A DNA stretch of 64,000 bases from Alphaproteobacteria bacterium (GCA_024407875.1 JAKSVT010000004.1:6982-70981); one strand, 5' to 3'. Shown: positions 41,418 through 50,580, numbered from the stretch's first letter. The notes: generated from the letters alone by a model not told the origin. Program-made: numbers and translations.

Positions 41418-42524
41418 CTAAATTGCGTATAAAACCAGCTCTTGTGAATACCTACTATGAGCTCGAATGTAAAATTTATAGGTATCATCAACATGGTAAA
41501 TAAACTTTGGAATTGTAATCAAATCTTCACGTTTATGATAAACACAAATTGTTAAAATAGGATGGTTCTTTTTAATGAGAGTCCGTGCTCCATTTAAAGC
41601 ATCTAATTCCACACCTTCAATATCCATTTTTATAAAATCAACAGGTTCTTTAATAAATTCATCCATTTTAACAACATCTATAGTTGTTTCTCCATTTTCA
41701 ACAATACCTGAAGATGTTGAATTCATCGAAAAATGCAAGGTTTCATTTTTTGCACCTACACCTTTTTTTAGACAACTAATTTTATCGAACCCTTCAAGAT
41801 TTTTTCTCATTTTTTCATAATTTAATATATCAGGTTCAAACAATATTCCTTTTCCATCATATTTCTTTCCAACTGCATTCTCATAATTTTTCACAAAAGA
41901 TAGAAAAGAATCCCCATCATAAGCACCACAATCAACAAAGCATTTTATATTATTAAAAGGAATTATATCCTTATCAAAATATTGTTCTTTTCTCCAAACA
42001 TCTTTTAATTTATTAAAATCCCCTGTTAATTTCTGTTCAAAATAACGTGTCATAGACAATTTAGAATAATCATCTTCTAACCTGTCATAAATCCAATCAA
42101 ATTCACTTTTATTATTTTGATAGAAATTCCAATCAAAAATTGGTCCTATACTCCAAAGAAAGAACAAATCCTTCTCGATAACTTGAACATTTTTTCTGTT
42201 ACTTCTTAAAGAACAAATTTTTTGTGTAGGTAAATGAAAACAACTAACAATAATCATATTGTTATTAGCATCTTCTATTTCATCTAAAGAAACAACTTCA
42301 TGATTATTAACAATTTCCCCATTTTTGTAGTATTCTTTATCAACACAAAAAGCTTTATATTCATATTTATTGTTATCTAAAAACCTTGCAAGTCTTAACC
42401 CCATTTCTGCACAGCCGTATATATAAACATTTCCATTATTTTTTAAATGTTTTTCTATGGTTTCTATTAAGCTGTTTTTTTCTTTTAATAAATTAAACAT
42501 TTTCTTCCTTATTAGATGGAACAT
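41418..42524 (-). CDS. FkbM-family methyltransferase
   Basis: 'FVDCGAYDGDS' SAM-binding motif; 368 aa. Confidence 0.6.
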   Translation of the reverse strand: MFHLIRKKMFNLLKEKNSLIETIEKHLKNNGNVYIYGCAEMGLRLARFLDNNKYEYKAFCVDKEYYKNGEIVNNHEVVSLDEIEDANNNMIIVSCFHLPTQKICSLRSNRKNVQVIEKDLFFLWSIGPIFDWNFYQNNKSEFDWIYDRLEDDYSKLSMTRYFEQKLTGDFNKLKDVWRKEQYFDKDIIPFNNIKCFVDCGAYDGDSFLSFVKNYENAVGKKYDGKGILFEPDILNYEKMRKNLEGFDKISCLKKGVGAKNETLHFSMNSTSSGIVENGETTIDVVKMDEFIKEPVDFIKMDIEGVELDALNGARTLIKKNHPILTICVYHKREDLITIPKFIYHVDDTYKFYIRAHSRYSQELVLYAI

Positions 42525-42652
42525 TTTTTATTATTATATTAACGATATGTAATTGATCGCAATAGGTCAAGACTAAATGATATCAATCTAGATATAACAA
42601 ATACATTGGCTACAAACAATAACCAACATCAACAAACAACAATTTCATAGAT

Positions 42653-42728
42653 TGGCGATCCTATCGGGATTCGAACCCGAGTTAACGCCGTGAGAGGGCG
42701 TTGTCCTAGACCACTAGACGATAGGATC
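42653..42728 (-). tRNA. tRNA-Glu (anticodon CUC as read)
   Basis: The reverse complement folds as a cloverleaf: acceptor GATCCTA/TAGGATC, D-arm 'GTCTAGTGGTCTAGGAC', anticodon stem ACGCC/GGCGT with loop CTCTCAC, T-arm GGGTTCGAATCCC, and an encoded CCA. Confidence 0.75.
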
Positions 42729-42740
42729 ATTTTAAACTCA

Positions 42741-42817
42741 TGGTGCACCCGGCGGGATTCGAACCCACGGCCCTCGGCTTCGGAAACCGATACTCTATCC
42801 AGCTGAGCTACGAGTGC
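42741..42817 (-). tRNA. tRNA-Arg (anticodon CCG)
   Basis: Reverse complement: acceptor GCACTCG/CGGGTGC, anticodon loop TTCCGAA, T-arm GTGGGTTCGAATCCCGC, and an encoded CCA. Confidence 0.75.
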
Positions 42818-42954
42818 CAAGCACACTTAGATTTAAAATACTTATTTTTTAACAAAATACAATCAAAAAAGATTATCTTGTTAAAATATTTACAAAAAAA
42901 TCATAAAAAACTCTTGACGAAATACCTAAAACAATATAAATATTCTTTTGTATT

Positions 42955-43029
42955 TGGAGCGTAGCCAAGTGGTAAGGCAAAGGACTTTGACTCCTTCATG
43001 CGCTGGTTCGAATCCAGCCGCTCCAGCCA
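42955..43029 (+). tRNA. tRNA-Gln (anticodon UUG)
   Basis: Acceptor TGGAGCG/CGCTCCA with the U1–A72 pair typical of Gln, anticodon stem AAGGA/TCCTT with loop CTTTGAC, T-arm GCTGGTTCGAATCCAGC, and an encoded CCA. Confidence 0.8.
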
Positions 43030-43038
43030 GAGTCACAA

Positions 43039-43062
43039 AGTCGTCAGAAATGGCGACTTTTT
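43039..43062 (+). terminator. Rho-independent terminator after tRNA-Gln
   Basis: AGTCGTC-agaaatg-GCGACT stem-loop followed by TTTTT. Confidence 0.65.
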
Positions 43063-43342
43063 CTTTTATTTTCAAGCATTTAATCCGGTTCGAAGATGAA
43101 TATATTTTGAAGGCTAGTTTTGCTGTATCTTCGAACTTGCTTCTATATTTTTCAATAACTTAGCTAATTGCAGCCTTTTTTAAGCATAAAAATGAACCTC
43201 TGCTAATTTTTGCAAAGGTTGAACTTCTGACATAGCTATATGAAAGGTTGTTTAGCAATATTGTTAATAAAAACATTTGCATTATTTACTATGTCAAAAT
43301 ATGTCGTAACCTAAATGTATGTTTTATATAGGATGAATATTA

Positions 43343-44253
43343 TGGCATATGAAAAGACTTTTAATTTGTTAGATTTGGCGATTTGGATGCAATCAACTCG
43401 CGAAGGAGTTAGTTTGTCAGATATTATGAGTCGCTTTCAAGTATCAAGAAGAACTGCCGAACGTATGCGAGATATGATATTAAGTCGATTTCCTCAAGTT
43501 GTTGAAGAAATCGGTGAAAATAATTCAAAACGTTGGTATATCCCGCAAGGCACATTAAAAGACTTTATTCAATTTTCGGCTGATGATATTGCTTGTCTTA
43601 ATTTAGCCAAAGATGCCTTAATTAAAGAAAAACTATCTGATAAAGCCGACCAATTAAATGCTATTATTGAAAAAATTACAGCTTCCATTAAGCCAAATAC
43701 TTTATTAAAAATAGAACCTGATGCAGAAGTTTTGTTAGAAGCTCAAGGTTTTGCTCGCCGTGTCGGTCCAAAAATTAAAATTGATACTCAATATTTGGAA
43801 ACAATTAAAGAGGCTATTTTATCTAGCAAAGAACTAAAAATTAAGCATAATAACAAAACTCAAATTGTAGCTCCTTATGGTTTCTTATATGGTAATAAGC
43901 CTTATTTGGTAGCTTATTCCAATAATGCAAAAGAGTTCAGATATTATGCTTTACACAAGTTAAATTCCGTTCAGCTGACAAATAATCATTTTATTAATAC
44001 TTTTTCATTAAACGAATTTACCAAAGATTGTTTTGGCGTTTATAAAGAAAAACCTTTTGAAGTTGAATGGTTATTTAATGCTGATGTAGCTAAAGATGTT
44101 GAAAAATATGAATTTCATCCATCTCAACAAATGATAAAAAATAAAGACGGTACTTTAACCGTAAAGTTTTTCGCAGGTGGTCAAAAAGAAATGGATTGGC
44201 ATCTTTATACCTGGGGTGATAAAGTTAAAGTAATAAAACCAGAAAGGAAATAA
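43343..44253 (+). CDS. HTH–WYL–WCX transcriptional regulator (YafY/BrxR/CapW family)
   Basis: N-terminal winged HTH ('SLSDIMSRFQVSRRTAERMRDMI'), central WYL-like domain ('APYGFLYGNKPYLVAY...RYYALHKL'), and C-terminal WCX with the 'HPSQ' hallmark. Start placed at ATG 43343 with an AGGA RBS. Confidence 0.7.
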
Positions 44254-44255
44254 AA

Positions 44256-44819
44256 ATGACGCAAGAAGAAAATAAATTAAAGTACATTGAGAAAGATACT
44301 AAAATTGTAATTTTAGGAACATTTCCCTCTGAAGCATCAAGAGATACTTTCTTTTATCACAAATCAACCAATCAGTTTTGGACCATATTAAGTAAGCTTT
44401 ATAATTGTAATGATATTTGTCATTTACAAAAGAATGAAACATCTAAAGACAAAGAAGAACAATTAATTGAAAACAGAAAAGCTTTTCTTAAAAAGCACCA
44501 AATTGGTTTATGGGATGTTATTGATAAATGTGACATAGATAAAAGCAAAGATTCCTCTATCAAAAATCCGACTTATAATGATTTAGCTTCATTAAAAACA
44601 GAATGTCCAAAGTTAGAGCACATTTATTTTAGCAGTAAAAAAGCTTTTCAATTTTATCAAAAATATTTGCGAGACAATTTAAAAGATTATGCAAGTAAAA
44701 TTTGGTTAGAAAATGTTGTTATTAAAGAAGCATTACCATCTCCAAGTTCTGCTAATGCTCGTTTGACATTAGAACAAAAGCAAAAAAGATGGGGAGAGTT
44801 GTTAGGCTTATTTAATTAA
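44256..44819 (+). CDS. UDG-superfamily DNA glycosylase-like protein (Mug/TDG-like)
   Basis: Motif A 'ILGTFPSEAS...FFYHKSTNQFW' (compare Mug 'GINPG...FAHPANRFW'). Motif B 'LPSPSSANARL' (compare 'LPNPSGLSR'). Lies 2 nt downstream of the WYL regulator. Confidence 0.5.
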   Translation: MTQEENKLKYIEKDTKIVILGTFPSEASRDTFFYHKSTNQFWTILSKLYNCNDICHLQKNETSKDKEEQLIENRKAFLKKHQIGLWDVIDKCDIDKSKDSSIKNPTYNDLASLKTECPKLEHIYFSSKKAFQFYQKYLRDNLKDYASKIWLENVVIKEALPSPSSANARLTLEQKQKRWGELLGLFN

Positions 44820-44913
44820 AAGCAATCTTCTTCTAAATCGCTAAATTTTCCTATATCTCGGTCAAATAAGCATTTTATCCATCCGCAATTGCCATTATTG
44901 TTTTTAGCGATTA

Positions 44914-45795
44914 TTATTTCACATTTATTTTCTTGTTCTGTTCTAGGCAATCTTCTTGCCATTCTTTATAACGTTTTTCAAAATGCTCTTTTGTTTCTCT
45001 TTTATACTGCTTTGGTTCTTTATCATACATATAATAACTTTCTCTATATAAAAATAAGAGTTTATCAGCATATGGAACGATATTACGATACCCGTCTTTA
45101 ATATCACTATTAATTGGTATTTTACATTGTCTTTGCTCTAGGTTTCGGTTTAGTTGAGAAAGTATAAGTATTGGAACATCTAATTTTTCTGCAATACTTT
45201 TAATATCTTGCATAAATTTTTTATAAGCTTGATTTGACTTATCTTCTGAATAAAGTGATAAAAGTTGCAAACAATCTATAACGACAAGCCCGAATTTATT
45301 TCTATTTGCAAATGCATATATCTTATCTTTTATATCACTAATAGAGCTTATTTGATTGCATAGATATATTGGCAATTGATTTATTTCATTACCGGTAAGT
45401 GCTATTTTTTCAAATTGTTTATAGTTTTCTATGTTGTGTCTTAATTCATATAAAGGAATTCCGGAAGCTAAACTAACAAACCGTTGCATTATATTCTTAT
45501 TATTGCATTCAAAATCAAAATATAAAACGTGTTTTATTTCTGAATTGTTTTGTTCTGCTTCTTCTTTGAATTTTTGTGCCACCTGATAAACACAGTTTAT
45601 TGCAAATGCCGTTTTTCCCATTGCAGGTCGTCCCGCTATAAGAACAACATCACCACCTCGAATATATCCTAGTCTTTCATCTAATCTATCTATACCTGTT
45701 GACAATCCGAGAGGCTCACTGTTCATTTGATAACGATATTCAACTTCTTTAATATATTCAAGAAATGCATCAGATATATGTAATGTTTTATCCAT
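44914..45795 (-). CDS. DnaB-family replicative helicase, C-terminal (RecA-like) domain only
   Basis: 'GLSTGIDRLDERLGYIRGGDVVLIAGRPAMGKTAF' (Walker A), 'VIDCLQLL' and 'ILSQLNRNLEQR...NSDIKDGYRNIVPYADKLLFLYRE'. The N-terminal DnaB domain is absent. Confidence 0.65.
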   Translation of the reverse strand: MDKTLHISDAFLEYIKEVEYRYQMNSEPLGLSTGIDRLDERLGYIRGGDVVLIAGRPAMGKTAFAINCVYQVAQKFKEEAEQNNSEIKHVLYFDFECNNKNIMQRFVSLASGIPLYELRHNIENYKQFEKIALTGNEINQLPIYLCNQISSISDIKDKIYAFANRNKFGLVVIDCLQLLSLYSEDKSNQAYKKFMQDIKSIAEKLDVPILILSQLNRNLEQRQCKIPINSDIKDGYRNIVPYADKLLFLYRESYYMYDKEPKQYKRETKEHFEKRYKEWQEDCLEQNKKINVK

Positions 45796-46032
45796 TTTAA
45801 TACTCCATACTAGTTTTTGTTGTATGGATATTAAACTAAAGATACGCCATATTTTGACAGATACAAATATACCAATATTGCAGATAGGTGAAATTAGTTA
45901 AAGAACAGGTTTTATTAGCAAACTAACATATTGTCATTAATAGTGGTAGGTTATAATTTACTTTTCTTAATGAAACATATATCAAAATCTAAATAGCTTA
46001 TATGGGGCGAAAGTACAATTTTCTATTTTACT

Positions 46033-46878
46033 TTATTTATCGCTAGTATTCTGATTAAGTATCGATTCAAAGAATCTATCAAATTCAAAAATTTCTTCTG
46101 CTTTCACAATTACACCAATATTGATAGGGAAACTGGTTACTGGCCTTGGAATACACGGGATGTAATCAAATTTTAAAATTCCTTCAGCATTGTATTCAAG
46201 CCCCCCATACAAAACTCCAACAAATTTAATATTATTACCTAAATATGCACCACTTTTATCAGTATACAATCCTTCGTTTAAAACAAACACAGGAGAACCA
46301 CTGCATCCGTGAAAACTTGCAATATCAATTAAAAATTCTTTTTTCCCATTGTAATTATTTTTAATATGCGTAGCAGTAATACCTTTACGAATAATTGGTT
46401 TGTGATTATATACATCTGAAAATCCTATCGGATATCCAACCATAACAATATTTTCAATAGCTGTCATGTTTTCTATTTCTTCTTGCGAAGGAATTAAACT
46501 CATATCCAATGGAATGTAAAAGGTGTGAATACCTTGTTTTATCACATTATCAAGTGCATCTGTTATTGGTAAGCAACATAAATCTACCGATAAACTTGGA
46601 TGTTCTATCCAAGGACACCCATCATATGTAAATGGAGCTGTTTTTGTATTACAGATATTTCCATCTGCATCGCATGTACATAACTCAAATTGTGTCATTA
46701 CACTATTCTTTACTACGTGTTTATTTGTAATAACGGCGGCTATATATTTACTATTATCTTTACTATTAAAATGGACAATAAAACCCGTACCTAAACTAAC
46801 TTTATGATTTTTATCAGTGCATTTAAGCAGCACAGTAGAATAAGTAATTTTTTCTGATAAACTCATTTGTTCAATCAT
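46033..46878 (-). CDS. Trypsin-like (S1/chymotrypsin-fold) serine protease, no signal peptide
   Basis: 'GTGFIV...AVITNKHVV' (His), 'HGCSGSPVFV' (Ser nucleophile); 281 aa. Confidence 0.5.
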   Translation of the reverse strand: MIEQMSLSEKITYSTVLLKCTDKNHKVSLGTGFIVHFNSKDNSKYIAAVITNKHVVKNSVMTQFELCTCDADGNICNTKTAPFTYDGCPWIEHPSLSVDLCCLPITDALDNVIKQGIHTFYIPLDMSLIPSQEEIENMTAIENIVMVGYPIGFSDVYNHKPIIRKGITATHIKNNYNGKKEFLIDIASFHGCSGSPVFVLNEGLYTDKSGAYLGNNIKFVGVLYGGLEYNAEGILKFDYIPCIPRPVTSFPINIGVIVKAEEIFEFDRFFESILNQNTSDK

Positions 46879-47030
46879 TTTTTATCTTTCAGAAAGGCTA
46901 ATTACAACATTATATATTTAGGGTTTTATTTCTCAAAACGCAAGTATTTTATTGATTTGAAAATCTATCTCGGGTTCCTAACACCCCGAAGTTAAAAACA
47001 ATTAAAATTTTAGCTCGAGAATTGCGAATT

Positions 47031-47080
47031 CACTCCAGCCAGACTTAACAGGTCGTCTTTAAAGACGGCCTTTTGCTTTA
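47031..47080 (+). repeat. Second copy of the tRNA-Gln 3'-end repeat plus hairpin (internal att-like junction)
   Basis: 'CACTCCAGCCAGA', then AGGTCGTCTTT-aa-AGACGGCCT hairpin and TTTTG. Confidence 0.55.
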
Positions 47081-47306
47081 TTTACAAGGCTTTCGGCTGG
47101 TCCGTGTGGTTAGCATCAAAAAACAGCCTTCCCGACAATTTACACGGACCAGTTATAGCAAGTTTCTTTATTTTTCAATCATTTATGAAATTTCATCTCT
47201 CTAAATATGCAATAACGCGATTTCGGGAGAAGATGGACTTCATTTACTTGAGGGAAAGATGTTGTTAATTTATTTAATTGATATTATTTTTAAAATATCC
47301 GTCAAT

Positions 47307-48605
47307 TTAGTTTTTTCCATAATTATCAAGTTTGATTTTGTTACGTATATTTTCATTATCAATATTTTCTACATATTTAATTACATTATCTGGTGCACCA
47401 TAATCACTTGCCATTTTACCTTTTTCAGTGTAAGCATTATATTCAAATTTTGATAATAATCTATCAAATCCCGTTACATCATCAATTTCGCATTTTAAAG
47501 TCTGAGATATCCTATATTTATAGATTAGATTGAATATCCCTAAATATTTTACAAGGTGATATTTAAGTTTATTATAGATAAAATCGGCTGTCGTTCTTAT
47601 AGCTCTATCATAATCCAGATTTTTCTTCTCTATATAATATTTAACTTCGCCATAAAATCCTGCTTTAAGATAACAACTTACCATATAAACAAGAACAGAG
47701 AACTCTTTACCTTCGTAAGTGGAAGTCTTATTATTGATTAATGAGTATATCGGCGAATCTTTTGCAATATCTTTTATTGTGTTCAGAAATATTTGGAAGC
47801 CATCAAAATTTATAGAATCGTACATAGTAGAATTTACACAATTTTCAATTTTAGCTAATTCCTCAGATGTTAATCCCATAATTTTATGAAATAGCGAAAC
47901 CTTATTTTGCTTTGAGATTGTCTTAAATTGAGTAAGTATGATACCAGGAAGTAAAGACGACAATCTATTTATTTCTTTTTTTCTTTCTAAATCTTGTTCC
48001 GATAAGTAATTATCTCTTGTATAATCTAGATCTATATCAGTTTTTGCAGACGTTTTATCATAATTTTTATGCTCTAAAATGGCGTCGTTTGCATATAACA
48101 CATCCATAAAATTATTTTGCAGAACAATAACTCTTCCTGAATAATGATGAAGAAATCTACCAGCACGACCCGCAATATTTTTTGCATCAAATGGTTTTAA
48201 TGGTTTAGGAGACTTTTTACATAGCGTTACAAGAATATTTTTTGCAGAGGTGTTTACTCCTTCCGTTATGGTTGTAGTTGTTGTTAAAACTTGTAATTCT
48301 CCTTGATTAAAAAATTTAATAATTTCTTTTTGAATATATTTTGGAACCAAGCCATTGTGTATACCCACACCTTTTTTCAGGGCTTTATATAATAACCAAT
48401 CTTCTGAAAATGTACTCTTTATATGTTCTAAAAATAATGCGTATTGACTATCATAATCGTGAAGCTCTGGTAAAATATCTAATAAATATTTGGCATAAGA
48501 CCTTGTTCCTTTTTTATCAGCACAATAGACAATACATTTTTCCCCATTATTAAGTAAGGTTTTTATAATTGATATAAATTTATCTGTTTTATTATTCTTA
48601 CACAT
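47307..48605 (-). pseudogene. SF2 helicase C-terminal fragment (RecA2 domain plus C-terminal extension); N-terminal ATPase domain missing
   Basis: Motifs IV–VI 'LTTTTTITEGVNTSAKNILV' and 'AGRAGR', but no Walker A/DEAD anywhere upstream. Only 75 bp separate it from the divergent neighbour. Confidence 0.5.
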
Positions 48606-48680
48606 TTTTTAACTGTAAGATTACCACAACATTGGGAAACTACTAATTTAAATCATGCAATAGGAAGATTAAGACTTATT

Positions 48681-49055
48681 ATGAAGGTATTTGAAAGATG
48701 TCTTATTAAAAATCATTGGAACAAACATCATTTACCTTTTATTGCTACTTCTGAAACAGGTGATGGTATATATTGGCATTTTCATATATTGTTTAATCAA
48801 GATAAATATACAGATGATATGTTAAATAATGCTATAAAGAAGACTATTAAATCTATAAGAGGTATGTCTGATTACTGCTTAAAATTAAAACATATTGAAG
48901 AAGATAATATAAAAACATTTGTAAAAGCTGTTAATGATACTGATTTTTATTGTTTAAAGGAGATAAAAGTTAATAGATATGGTAAATTTGACGGTGAAAG
49001 GATAATATTTTCTGATGATTTATTCAACTTGCCATATCAAAGCATATCCCATTGA
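48681..49055 (+). CDS. Hypothetical protein (124 aa) with an HUH-like 'WHFHILF' motif
   Basis: ORF only; 'HLPFIAT' followed by 'HFH' resembles HUH-endonuclease motifs, but this is speculative. Confidence 0.3.
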   Translation: MKVFERCLIKNHWNKHHLPFIATSETGDGIYWHFHILFNQDKYTDDMLNNAIKKTIKSIRGMSDYCLKLKHIEEDNIKTFVKAVNDTDFYCLKEIKVNRYGKFDGERIIFSDDLFNLPYQSISH

Positions 49056-49057
49056 GT

Positions 49058-49150
49058 CATAAACAACCCATAAACAGCCGGATTCATTTTTTATAACTAA
49101 ACCTATACCAAAAAGTAGAATTGAATCATATGGTCAAAAATAGACTTTAT
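49058..49150 (+). repeat. Direct repeat copy 1 (~93 bp), upstream of fic
   Basis: About 75% identical to 50368–50460; shared blocks 'ATAAACAACC', 'ATTCATTTTTTATAA' and 'GGTCAAAAA-T-GACTTT'. Confidence 0.6.
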
Positions 49151-49262
49151 CTCAACTATATAAAAATTACCTTATAATCAAAAAATCGTTAGTTAATCAT
49201 ATTTTATTATTGATTTATTCATAATTTAATCATAAAATAATCATAAATTATAGGAGTAAATC

Positions 49263-50348
49263 ATGACTTTTTTACCAAAATATACCATTACCAAAGATAT
49301 TTTAGCTGATTTAACTAAGATTGAAGCTGTTAAAAATTCGTTTGATGATAAACCTTTGTCACCGGTTTTGTTATCTTCGCTGCATAAAACTGCCAAAATT
49401 GCACAAAGTCACTACTCTACGCAAATTGAAGGTAATCATTTATCATTAAAACAAGTAGAAACGACGCTTTATTCTGCCAACAAATCGATTAAAGAATATC
49501 AAGGTCATGACGAAAAAGAAGTCAAAGCTTATTACAATGCTATCAATTATATGGAAAAAGTTCTTGAAAATGGTGGAGAATTTGATGAAAAGCTGGTGCA
49601 AAAAATCCATTCACTAATTGAAGGCAGTAAAAAAATTATTCCATATCGTAATGAACAAAATGCAATATACGACACATCTGACGGCTCACTTGTCTATCTG
49701 CCACCGGAAACTAAAGATGTTCCTGTTATGATGAAAGATTTGGTTGCTTGGGTAAATGATAACATTGATAAATTGCCAACACCTATTGTAGCAGGTTTAT
49801 TTCATTATCAGTTTGTGACTATCCATCCTTATTTTGACGGTAATGGTAGAACAGCACGCTTGATGACAAGTTATATTATGCGTAAATTCGGTTATGGCTT
49901 AAAAGGTATTTATTCTTTGGAAGAGTATTATGCTAAAAATCTCAAAGATTATTATCAAGCACTGGCAACACATCCGCATCACAACTATTATTTTGGCCGG
50001 AACGTTGCTGATTTAACTCCTTGGCTTGAATATTTTATTAAAGGTGTGGCGACAGCATTTGAAAATATCAATATTAAAGCACAAGAACAGCAGAACACAG
50101 GTATTAAAACGGATATATCACCAATGTTGCGTAAACTGGATATTAAACAACGCAAAATTTTAGAATTATTTGTGGAGTTTGATCAAATAACCTCAAATCA
50201 AGCAGGTGAATATTTGAATTTATCATCACAATCAGCCAGACTTTTATTAAACAGATGGGTAGAAGAAGGATTTTTAATAATAGCAAATAAAGCGCGTAAA
50301 AACAGAACTTATGGTTTAGCACAAGAATATGAACAGCTGATATCATAA
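49263..50348 (+). CDS. Fic-family protein (AMPylase-type) with C-terminal winged HTH
   Basis: Canonical Fic motif 'HPYFDGNGRTARL'; 361 aa. Confidence 0.8.
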   Translation: MTFLPKYTITKDILADLTKIEAVKNSFDDKPLSPVLLSSLHKTAKIAQSHYSTQIEGNHLSLKQVETTLYSANKSIKEYQGHDEKEVKAYYNAINYMEKVLENGGEFDEKLVQKIHSLIEGSKKIIPYRNEQNAIYDTSDGSLVYLPPETKDVPVMMKDLVAWVNDNIDKLPTPIVAGLFHYQFVTIHPYFDGNGRTARLMTSYIMRKFGYGLKGIYSLEEYYAKNLKDYYQALATHPHHNYYFGRNVADLTPWLEYFIKGVATAFENINIKAQEQQNTGIKTDISPMLRKLDIKQRKILELFVEFDQITSNQAGEYLNLSSQSARLLLNRWVEEGFLIIANKARKNRTYGLAQEYEQLIS

Positions 50349-50367
50349 TAAAGCGCTCTCCATTGCT

Positions 50368-50460
50368 CTATAAACAACCTAGAAACAAGCTATTCATTTT
50401 TTATAAGTAAACTTATATCAAACAGGTAAAAGGTTGCTATAGGTCAAAAAATGGACTTTC
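50368..50460 (+). repeat. Direct repeat copy 2 (~93 bp), downstream of fic
   Basis: See copy 1. Confidence 0.6.
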
Positions 50461-50507
50461 TTACCAAATGGAAAAGAAGTTTATATTAAAGATACGGTAT
50501 CAAAAAA

Positions 50508-50580
50508 GGGCCCTATACAATCAAGATTCATTTCTACTGGTTAGTTTATAGTCAAAAATAAATCTATGCGTATAGGGCCC
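50508..50580. repeat. Inverted repeat, 11-bp perfect arms GGGCCCTATAC/GTATAGGGCCC with a 51-nt spacer
   Basis: Read directly. Lies immediately upstream of the recombinase remnant and is GC-rich in an AT-rich context. Confidence 0.6.

Larger units (their letters stand above)
43030..47043. mobile_element. Integrated element A (~4 kb) at the tRNA-Gln 3' end; no integrase of its own
   Basis: Bounded by direct repeats of the tRNA-Gln 3' end 'CTCCAGCCAGA' (43021–43031 and 47033–43), each followed by a GTCGTC-containing hairpin and a T-tract. Cargo genes are accessory in character. Confidence 0.5.

Noticed and set aside
42629-43163. Three predicted ORFs (42629..42826 -, 42740..42964 +, 42948..43163 +) in the tRNA region
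   Set aside because: They overlap the tRNA-Glu, tRNA-Arg and tRNA-Gln genes and the tRNA terminator. They are short, have no RBS or motif, and are artefacts of ORF calling across structured RNA genes.
46967-46991. Hairpin-like 'TCTCGGGTTCCTAACACCCCGAAG'
   Set aside because: Only a 5-bp stem (TCGGG/CCCGA) with a 10-nt loop, too weak to call.
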